From an uncultured virus (IMG/VR IMGVR_UViG_2778261440_000004) (Duplodnaviria; Heunggongvirae; Uroviricota; Caudoviricetes): 20,000 nucleotides of DNA. Positions 8,656 to 16,503 of this stretch are shown here, piece by piece. The notes under the pieces were generated by a model, which did not search any database, was not told where the DNA came from, and saw only the letters and a list, made by a program, of their open reading frames with translations. Made by a program: the position numbers and the translations under genes. The stretch spans positions 51,237 to 71,236 of IMG/VR virus record IMGVR_UViG_2778261440_000004. One strand, 5' to 3'. How positions within the stretch are numbered: the first letter of the stretch is position 1; the number at the start of each line of letters is the position of its first letter.

Positions 8656-10289
8656 GTTGGGTAGGTTATAAAGTTAGAAGTGCACAACAGATTTTTGAAA
8701 ATCTTAAATCAAAAATATCAAATCCAACTTCAGGATTACCGGAAGTAACAGATTATACTGAAAGCAATTCATTAATTAAGGAGTTGTTAATATGGTCTGG
8801 AATAGCTGAACACCTCAACTATTACATAGATTTCAAGGCAAGGGAGACATTTCTTATTCATCAAAAACTTTATAAGAATGCTTGGGCCAAGGCTCAGGAA
8901 TATGACTATAGAATTAAAGGAGTTTCAGCAGCATCCGGAGAAGTACGATTCTTTATTAATCAATCTTCACTTGTTGATATTACAATACCATATGGTACTG
9001 AATTAGAATCTGATTTAGGTGAAATTGTACTTACAATTGAGTCATGCATTATTTATGCGGGGGAATTATATGCAGACTGTAGAGTAAAACAATGGGTCAA
9101 AAAATCAAATGAGGTTATAGGACAAAGTGATGGTACTGCTAATCAAAGTTTTGTAATAGCTTCAAATGTTGTTGATCAATCTATCAGTCTTAGTGCTGGT
9201 TCAATACCATACGAAACTGTTGAAAGTTTTGTTTTTTCTGATTCTGATGATTATCACTTTAGGTCCACACTAAATATTGATAGAGATATTATTGTTGAGT
9301 TGGGAGACGGCATTAATGGTAAAATACCACAAAGCGGTGATGATATTACAGTTGATTACTATGTAAGCAATGGTGAAAATATTGGAATAGGGAGAATTAA
9401 CAAAATAAATACAAGCCCTACTCTACCAACCGGAATTGAAATATCGGTATCTAATATTTATGAAATAACAGGCGGAGGTGATAGGGAAGGTTTAACAGAT
9501 ATTCAAGCTAATATACCAAAGCAAAATAGAACCAATAATAGAGCTGTTTCAGATCAAGATTACATTGATATAGCAGAATTATATACCGGTGTTGAGTTAG
9601 CAGGTATTGGTGATAAATGTGGTAAAACATTCAAACTGTACATTTATCCTGAAGGAGGTGGAATAGCATCTCAAACACTTCGTGATGAAGTATATAACTA
9701 CTTTGATGATAAGAGAATGAATACAAGTAAACTTGTTGTTTATTCTGCTGGAGAGGTAATTGTACAATACAATGTTGATGTAGTTGTACTCAATAATTTT
9801 AATCAAACAGCAACTGAAAACAATGTGATTAGTGCATTACTGGACTACCATTCAGAAATAAGAAAGGTAGGAGGTGTACTAAGACAAGGCAATATTTACC
9901 AATTAATTGAAAGTGTTACTGGTGTAGATTATTGCATAATTAATGAAATAATTGCTATTCCATCACCTATACCTTATGATTCAAGTACACCAGATATTAG
10001 CTGGGATGTTCAAATTGATTCTAGTATTATTTCATCTACTTGGAAAATCAAATTTGATTCTACTACAGGATTCAAAGTGTTTACTGGTACCCAATTTATT
10101 GGTTCTTTCCAAGTTGGAGATGTTGTTGAAAAACATGGTTTGACTTTTTCAATTCTTCAAAATTATCAATCTGGAAACACATGGACTTTCAATACTTATG
10201 AAGTGTCTACAGGTTTAGAGTTGGATGAACCTTCGGTATTGAATACAAATACAGCTTCAATAACTCTAAATATGTCAGGAGGTATATAG
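8652..10289 (+). CDS. Baseplate wedge protein, gpJ / T4 gp6-like
   Basis: 545 aa. LNYYIDFKARETF, ITIPYGT, SDGTANQSF, ELGDGINGKIP, TGGGDRE, RAVSDQDY are baseplate J motifs. Confidence 0.93.
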   Translation: MSWVGYKVRSAQQIFENLKSKISNPTSGLPEVTDYTESNSLIKELLIWSGIAEHLNYYIDFKARETFLIHQKLYKNAWAKAQEYDYRIKGVSAASGEVRFFINQSSLVDITIPYGTELESDLGEIVLTIESCIIYAGELYADCRVKQWVKKSNEVIGQSDGTANQSFVIASNVVDQSISLSAGSIPYETVESFVFSDSDDYHFRSTLNIDRDIIVELGDGINGKIPQSGDDITVDYYVSNGENIGIGRINKINTSPTLPTGIEISVSNIYEITGGGDREGLTDIQANIPKQNRTNNRAVSDQDYIDIAELYTGVELAGIGDKCGKTFKLYIYPEGGGIASQTLRDEVYNYFDDKRMNTSKLVVYSAGEVIVQYNVDVVVLNNFNQTATENNVISALLDYHSEIRKVGGVLRQGNIYQLIESVTGVDYCIINEIIAIPSPIPYDSSTPDISWDVQIDSSIISSTWKIKFDSTTGFKVFTGTQFIGSFQVGDVVEKHGLTFSILQNYQSGNTWTFNTYEVSTGLELDEPSVLNTNTASITLNMSGGI

Positions 10290-10963
10290 TGGGGATATTG
10301 AAAGATAAAATATTCAGCTTTTTTGATTACAGGGATGATGTAGAGGATCTGTATCCGGTAGATGGTAAAGGTTTTGAGCAACGATTTCAGGAGTTAATAG
10401 CAGGTGAAATTGATGATAACGAAGTTGATTCAATTGACAATTTCAATGATAACTTAATTATCCCTGAACAAATGATAAACTCATACTTGATAGATAAACA
10501 AGTAGAGAAAGGTATTGATATTGGAATTTCAAATGATGATGATGTCAATAGAAAACTAATACGATACTCCCAAAGTATCATAAGCATCAAGGGAACTAAA
10601 AAAAGCTATAAGGTACTATTTAAGCTATTGGGATTAGAATGCGATATCATAGAACATAATATTGTTTCAGGTTTTGATTCTGGCAATTTAGACAACCCGT
10701 TACGAAGATTTGATAGTAAATGTGCTAGTTGTAGCGATTACACGGTAATTATTTATTCTACTAAAACACCTCAACTGGAAAGAGCTGTAAATAAAATAAT
10801 TGATTTCTGTGAACCAATTGATGCAAAACTTAGAGAGCTTATATTCTCAAGTTCAGGTCTGCAAACTGGTGGAATAAATTCAAATCTTCAAAACTTCCCA
10901 ACTGTACATTTAGGAGGAAATAACACTGTAAATATTAGTGCAACACTTCAAACTGGTAATTAA
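10289..10963 (+). CDS. Baseplate wedge protein, P2 gpI-like
   Basis: GTG start overlapping the TAG of the J gene, preceded by AGGAGGT. RKLIRYSQSIISIKGTKKSYKVLFKLLG is a tail-protein-I motif; IIDFCEPIDAKL near the C-terminus. Confidence 0.85.
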   Translation: MGILKDKIFSFFDYRDDVEDLYPVDGKGFEQRFQELIAGEIDDNEVDSIDNFNDNLIIPEQMINSYLIDKQVEKGIDIGISNDDDVNRKLIRYSQSIISIKGTKKSYKVLFKLLGLECDIIEHNIVSGFDSGNLDNPLRRFDSKCASCSDYTVIIYSTKTPQLERAVNKIIDFCEPIDAKLRELIFSSSGLQTGGINSNLQNFPTVHLGGNNTVNISATLQTGN

Positions 10964-11970
10964 TGCAAGCACAAAACGTCAGAAGAATAGAAAAATACAC
11001 CACTACTTCGGGTGAATCAGCGACTATTCCATCTAGTAATGATCATACAGATGGGACATGGATACCTACTGATATTTATGAAGGAGAGTTGTTTATAAAC
11101 CTAATTGACGGAATTGTATTTACCCGTGAAGGAAGTAACATAATTGCTTTAGGAAGAATAGTTAAAACACAAAATTCAATTACTGTTACAGGTCAAGATA
11201 TAGGTGGTTATTCTGATGGTGATATTATTCCTATTGGCACTAATTTAGAAACAATTTTAAAGACAATCCTTACTACTGTTATTCCGGCAGTATATGTACA
11301 ACCTACAGCATCAATAGTACTGAGTGGAGTATCTACTACAGTTGAAGTAGGAGAAGAATTTGACGCAGAACTTACTGTTACATTTAATCAAAATGATGCT
11401 GGATCATTAGACAATATTGATTATTTGGCAAATGCAGTTGTCATCGAATCTAGTGCTGTTTTGAATTATACTCATTTGGCCCAAAAAGAAACAATACCTA
11501 CAACTATAACATATAAGGCAGATGTAGAATATTTAATTGGTCCTCAGAAAAATGACAACCTTGGTAATCCATCCGGTATTCCAATAGCAGCAGGTACAAT
11601 ATCTACTAACTCTATTAGTATTAAAGTAAGGTACAAAACATGGTATCAGAAAAATATTGCTGCACCATTAGATTCAACAGAAGTTAGGTCAATGACAAGT
11701 AATGTATGGGATAATGTAAATACCATAAACATAGCTATTGTATCCGGTGATAGTAGTGTGTGTTTTGTTATACCGCCTAATAAGACACTTGATTCTGTGA
11801 TGTTTCAAGGTACGTTAACGGTTGATCAGACAAGTGTTTTCCAAGCTACAGAAGTTTTGATTGATGTTACTGGAGCTGATGGTAATAATCCAGTAACATA
11901 TAAGATGTACAGATATGAGCCATCATCTGCATTTGGTAGTAGTGCAAATTATGAAATCACATTATCATGA
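10963..11970 (+). CDS. Putative accessory tail/fibre structural protein
   Basis: 335 aa, Thr/Ser/Val-rich. N-terminal EGELFINLIDGIVF resembles fibre N-terminal attachment modules; the rest looks like beta-sandwich (Ig-like) sequence. Coupled to both neighbours. Confidence 0.55.
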   Translation: MQAQNVRRIEKYTTTSGESATIPSSNDHTDGTWIPTDIYEGELFINLIDGIVFTREGSNIIALGRIVKTQNSITVTGQDIGGYSDGDIIPIGTNLETILKTILTTVIPAVYVQPTASIVLSGVSTTVEVGEEFDAELTVTFNQNDAGSLDNIDYLANAVVIESSAVLNYTHLAQKETIPTTITYKADVEYLIGPQKNDNLGNPSGIPIAAGTISTNSISIKVRYKTWYQKNIAAPLDSTEVRSMTSNVWDNVNTINIAIVSGDSSVCFVIPPNKTLDSVMFQGTLTVDQTSVFQATEVLIDVTGADGNNPVTYKMYRYEPSSAFGSSANYEITLS

Positions 11971-12785
11971 GTAATAATATAGCTAAAGCAGACTTCCCGG
12001 GTCAAATAAGTAGAGTTGAAGCTGTACCTCTACAACCACATGAAATAGTTGGAGACCTATCTATTTGTGAGTTTAGTTCTAAAGAAGATATTCCATCATC
12101 TATTAGGTATATAGGAATGGAAACTACCGAGATAATTACCGGTGTAGAAAAAAAATATCGATTAAAAACAGGTATTCTAAATTCAAATTGGGAACCTGAT
12201 CTTAATAAAGATGATGTTGGTTTAGACCAGGTTGATAATACCAGTGATATCGATAAACCTGTATCAACAGCTACACAATTAGCTCTAAATAACAAAGTGA
12301 ATATATTCCAATCAACTAGTGTTATACATGATGTTACCGGTGGAATAACTCTTGATTTTGATTCATTTCAATTTTATGAAATCAGTATGGAAACAGATAT
12401 TACTTCACTTTCTATTACTGGTGGTAATGTAGGAATGATTTATCAATTTTTGATTACTCAATCATCTGGGGGTAATCATTTACTTGATTTAGCATCACCA
12501 TACCCTTCTACTGGAACAAATATTTCCCAAGGTGAATTGTACATACATGAGTACTTAGATGGTAATGGGTATATAGAAATGACTAGGGTATATTCTGTCG
12601 TTTCTGATTATTCAACTATTGATATTGATACAGATATTGATAATGGAGATTTAATTCCTGTTTATTTTTTACCTGATGGAGTTAAACCATTTCTATCAAC
12701 TATTGAGGGAAGAAAAGACATGTTTTCAATAACAGTAGTAGGTGTTGGGAAATATGTCATTACTCAAACAAGTTCAAATATGTAA
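11967..12785 (+). CDS. Putative tail fibre adaptor protein
   Basis: 272 aa. Contains LNKDDVGLDQVDNTSDIDKPVSTATQLAL (from 12201), a motif recurrent in phage fibre shafts, plus a C-terminal ITLDF...FLITQSSGG...LST...KDMF beta domain. Confidence 0.65.
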   Translation: MSNNIAKADFPGQISRVEAVPLQPHEIVGDLSICEFSSKEDIPSSIRYIGMETTEIITGVEKKYRLKTGILNSNWEPDLNKDDVGLDQVDNTSDIDKPVSTATQLALNNKVNIFQSTSVIHDVTGGITLDFDSFQFYEISMETDITSLSITGGNVGMIYQFLITQSSGGNHLLDLASPYPSTGTNISQGELYIHEYLDGNGYIEMTRVYSVVSDYSTIDIDTDIDNGDLIPVYFLPDGVKPFLSTIEGRKDMFSITVVGVGKYVITQTSSNM

Positions 12786-15364
12786 TGAAATATCCAAAAC
12801 TACCATATCCACGCTTTGGTATAGCAGAATGGTTTGGCCGAAAATGGCACACAGCTGCTATTGATGGCCGCATTGAAAGTCATGTAGGACAACGATCTGG
12901 AGAAGTGTTCCCTGGGAGGTGTTATCAGGGCGAAACAGGAGCTTACATTGATGTGAGTAGCTTTGTTACAGGAACACTAACTGTAAAATGTTGGTGGAAA
13001 AAAGAAAGCGGAGTTGTGCATGCGAATAGCTTAGCATATAATGCAATTGATGCGATTGTTAAAAATGCTAATCCTATAGCTGCGACTAATCCTCCAATTG
13101 AGTTAACTACAGAAGTAGATGATGTGAATAAACACATCGTTCTAACGGATAGTGACTTATATTACGGATTGCATGTTTACGATTCAGGTGTTTTGGCAGC
13201 TATCTATCTAGGTGAAGAAGGTGCTGGCTTTGTTGCTTACGACTCTCTAGGTAATTTAAACCAAGGCGCATTGGTGAATATTACATTGGCTGTGTGGCAC
13301 TCTACAGATGCAGCTATTCCTTATAGTTCTCTTAATTCGTTAGGTTATAATATTGGTGAAGTTCCTGCATTGTTAGAGAACATGAATTTAGACGCTTTGG
13401 GGGGAGCTGCTAATAATATTGGGCAAATTCGCTATGCTTTACAGCTAGTGAATAGTTGGTGTTTAGAAAGCGATGGCGTTTGGGAGTTGCAAGTAGATTA
13501 TGAGCCAATTGCAATCATAGTTAACAATATTGATGAGTTTGCCAATTGTACCATTACAAACAATGGTAATGGTACCTGGAACGTTCTATTCCCAACGTCT
13601 CTACAGGTGTTTAATCTGTTGATTAATGGCGCTTTTCATTATCCAGTAGCCGATGGTGATGCGGCTACTACAGTTGAGAGTTCTAATACGATTAGTATTG
13701 CCACCATTGTGAATGGCACTTATGCGCCAACTTCAATTTGGCAACGCCAAGATGAGTATCATTGGAATGCTTACCAATCATTTGCAACGACTAAGGCTCT
13801 AGCATCTACGGTTGAAAGCGAACTTCAATTTCCTGAATGTCCAGCTGTTCGTTCAACAGGAATAGACCCTTCGGTAAGTTATTCAGTTGCTGAAATTCAA
13901 AATAAAATCAGCAGTTCGTTATTTGCGATGAACGCCAATGACTATTTGGTAAGATTGGTTTTAAGTTCTGGGTTGAAATTGGATGAATTTTGCTTAGACT
14001 TCACCGATGGCGATACGATTAGCTTTAATTCGTCTAATACATGGAACTCTGTTTCTTTTTCCGGCACCGCCCAAATCACCATCGATTTAGTTGCGCGGGA
14101 AATTACATGCACGGTTTCTGGTACAATATTCAATATTAAAGTTTTCAATGCTTCCGGAGAACTCATTGAATGGTATCCGTGCTGTGAAGGCGTTGGTACT
14201 ACTATTCATGATGTTATTAGTTATTTTGATGCGGCTGTAAGTGGTAATTCTTGGAGCACACAGACTCAACTCATCTACTCATCTACATACGGCTATGCTT
14301 TCGATAAGAGTTTGAATGTTGACGCTTCCAATGTGTATGTAGCTATGGTTACTGCAGATTCACTCACTAATAGATTAGCGAGGTTTCGCTATTCTGACAA
14401 TGGTATATTATACCGACTATATATGGAGTGTGATGGTGCTGGAGCTGGAGATACAGTCAATGATCCTAATGGAGACGCGCAAGGTTTTGTGACTATTAAC
14501 TCTAATGATGTGCTGAATATCTATATGGGGAATTCCCAATCTGATGTTGAAATGGGGGGCTCTACATTTTTCTCCATCGATTCTGGTTTTGGTTCCGGTC
14601 GCATATACTTATTGGTAGATGTATTGGCTGGTGATCCTTTTCATGAAATTGAAATTCAAGACAATAGTCTTTCTGATAGTTTTATAGCTGCTTTTCAATC
14701 TTATTATTCGACAAGTGATAGTCCGTATGATTCTATCACTACGATAGAAGAACTATTCAACTCGCTGAATGGAGGTGTAGCTACTTCAGGCACAAGCTTC
14801 CCGAACGGGGCTGATGACAACTACCCATCAGTAACACTAGGTATGACAGGTGTAACTTCAACAGAATTGCGTACTATTCTAGATGGTGTGTTTTCAATCG
14901 CTAATTGTACGCAATTTCTACAGGCATTATATGATGATTCTGTTCATCAATCTACTTCAAATGCACGATCTGCGTTAACACGTAGATTTTTTGGCACCTT
15001 GAATAAGGTGCTGCTATCAGGAACGTTGTATGAGCTAGAGATGAGTGTTGATAATTTGCTGGCGACTCAAGCTGGAGGTGGTGGTGGCTCTGAATTTTTC
15101 TCAAATTATGAACGCACGCTTCAGCACTTTGACACGATTATATTCAGAACTGCAGGTAATTCAGAAAACAATGTAGATCAATGGGTTCACATTCATCAAC
15201 TTACTGTTGATAGCACGGCCAAAATACCTGCAAAATATATGTCAACTCTGGAACTGGCCACTGAAGATGTGAAAGGAAATAGTATTCAAAATACCAATGC
15301 GTTGAATTCAACTGGCCATCACTGCCGAAGCTTGTTGAATTACACCAAACAGAAAAGCTTATGA
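12785..15364 (+). CDS. Large putative virion adhesin / receptor-binding protein with three degenerate LamG-like repeats
   Basis: 859 aa. Repeated Y-x-x-x-[ED]-G motifs at aa 141, 286 and 464. Located in the fibre region; codon usage differs from its neighbours. Confidence 0.5.
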   Translation: MKYPKLPYPRFGIAEWFGRKWHTAAIDGRIESHVGQRSGEVFPGRCYQGETGAYIDVSSFVTGTLTVKCWWKKESGVVHANSLAYNAIDAIVKNANPIAATNPPIELTTEVDDVNKHIVLTDSDLYYGLHVYDSGVLAAIYLGEEGAGFVAYDSLGNLNQGALVNITLAVWHSTDAAIPYSSLNSLGYNIGEVPALLENMNLDALGGAANNIGQIRYALQLVNSWCLESDGVWELQVDYEPIAIIVNNIDEFANCTITNNGNGTWNVLFPTSLQVFNLLINGAFHYPVADGDAATTVESSNTISIATIVNGTYAPTSIWQRQDEYHWNAYQSFATTKALASTVESELQFPECPAVRSTGIDPSVSYSVAEIQNKISSSLFAMNANDYLVRLVLSSGLKLDEFCLDFTDGDTISFNSSNTWNSVSFSGTAQITIDLVAREITCTVSGTIFNIKVFNASGELIEWYPCCEGVGTTIHDVISYFDAAVSGNSWSTQTQLIYSSTYGYAFDKSLNVDASNVYVAMVTADSLTNRLARFRYSDNGILYRLYMECDGAGAGDTVNDPNGDAQGFVTINSNDVLNIYMGNSQSDVEMGGSTFFSIDSGFGSGRIYLLVDVLAGDPFHEIEIQDNSLSDSFIAAFQSYYSTSDSPYDSITTIEELFNSLNGGVATSGTSFPNGADDNYPSVTLGMTGVTSTELRTILDGVFSIANCTQFLQALYDDSVHQSTSNARSALTRRFFGTLNKVLLSGTLYELEMSVDNLLATQAGGGGGSEFFSNYERTLQHFDTIIFRTAGNSENNVDQWVHIHQLTVDSTAKIPAKYMSTLELATEDVKGNSIQNTNALNSTGHHCRSLLNYTKQKSL

Positions 15365-15921
15365 TTATAATCTATTCCACCAGACGCGCAATTTTAGATG
15401 AGATTGACGGCTTACCCAATCCATTTAAGCAAATGATAATTGACTTAAAGCAGTTCGCGAATGAATGTGAAGAAATCAGTATTGCAGATCCAGATTACCA
15501 AGGCTTCCGAATTCCAGAAAAAGTGTTCAGAAAATATGTCAACATGAAAGGTTATGACTATTGGGAGCAGCTATTTCTGATCGCTGATGCTTGTATTGCT
15601 TCAACCTTTCCAAGTAGTTCACTTAGTGGAGTTTTTCTAGCGATTCATGCAGATGCATCTGTATTGGGAGCAAATGTTCCTGAAACATTACCGCAAGCCA
15701 CGTATACTGATGAGGAGTTAAATATTCAGCATAGAACTTTCTCAGACTGGTATCCAGATGGAGTGAAAACATTACCAGAAAACAAAGTTCTATTATTGAC
15801 AAATGTGGCAGGAGAAAGGTTGTCAGACAACCAAATGATAGCCTTGAAAGCATTTGCAGATAATAATCCTCAATATGCTATTGAATGGTGTAATAAGGAG
15901 ATGTATGAAGCATTGACATAA
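15361..15921 (+). CDS. Hypothetical protein (possible partner or chaperone of the 859-aa protein)
   Basis: 186-aa ORF with ATGA overlap to the upstream gene; no motif recognised. Confidence 0.6.
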   Translation: MIIIYSTRRAILDEIDGLPNPFKQMIIDLKQFANECEEISIADPDYQGFRIPEKVFRKYVNMKGYDYWEQLFLIADACIASTFPSSSLSGVFLAIHADASVLGANVPETLPQATYTDEELNIQHRTFSDWYPDGVKTLPENKVLLLTNVAGERLSDNQMIALKAFADNNPQYAIEWCNKEMYEALT

Positions 15922-15929
15922 TTATTAAA

Positions 15930-15951
15930 TTTCTGTGTAACCATACAGAAA
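15930..15951 (+). promoter_or_regulatory. Stem-loop abutting the holin start codon
   Basis: TTTCTGTGT (15930-15938) / ATACAGAAA (15943-15951): 9 bp with one G-U pair, loop AACC; ATG begins at 15952. Confidence 0.55.
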
Positions 15952-16503
15952 ATGAAAAAGCTGATAGATGATTTCAAAGACTACTTCATTGAAAATTTCA
16001 TTAACCAATTTGGTTTTGAAAGTATTATAGAATTTCTGTATTCAACATTTTGGAGTCATCATAAGTTAGCTGGTATTCTTTCTGTAACTCTAACATTAGC
16101 ACATATATATGTTGATGCATTCCTAAATGATGTTTTTGGTTTAGAGACAAGAATGTTTTTAGCATTTATCATGCTAATTGTACTTGAATTCTATTCCGGT
16201 GTAAGAGTTAGTTTGAAAGTAAATCAAGAACAGTTAAGTAGTAGAAAGTTTGGTAGAATGATGATAAAACTTCTAACATATCTTTCAGTGCTACACATCA
16301 CAAAATCATATGATCTATACAATGACACTGAAATTTATGGAGTATCAATTAATTCAGCATTAAATGTATTGGCATTCAATTTTATTTTCATTCACTTGCT
16401 GATATCGTGGATGGAAAACCTTGATAAATTGGGACATAAGTGGGCTGGTAAAATACTAGCTTATATCAATAGATTATTGAATAAAAAATTATCCTCAAAG
16501 TGA
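15952..16503 (+). CDS. Holin, phage holin family 4-like
   Basis: 183 aa with 3-4 hydrophobic segments. LEFYSGV...LSSRKFGRMMIKLLTY...LISWMENLDKLG matches the family-4 pattern; basic C-terminus. Confidence 0.8.
   Translation: MKKLIDDFKDYFIENFINQFGFESIIEFLYSTFWSHHKLAGILSVTLTLAHIYVDAFLNDVFGLETRMFLAFIMLIVLEFYSGVRVSLKVNQEQLSSRKFGRMMIKLLTYLSVLHITKSYDLYNDTEIYGVSINSALNVLAFNFIFIHLLISWMENLDKLGHKWAGKILAYINRLLNKKLSSK

Noticed and set aside
15913..15945. Perfect TTGACA at 15913-15918 upstream of the holin as a sigma70 -35 box
   Set aside because: No acceptable -10 at 16-18 bp spacing (TGTAAC / GTAACC), and the hexamer lies within the last codons of the upstream gene.
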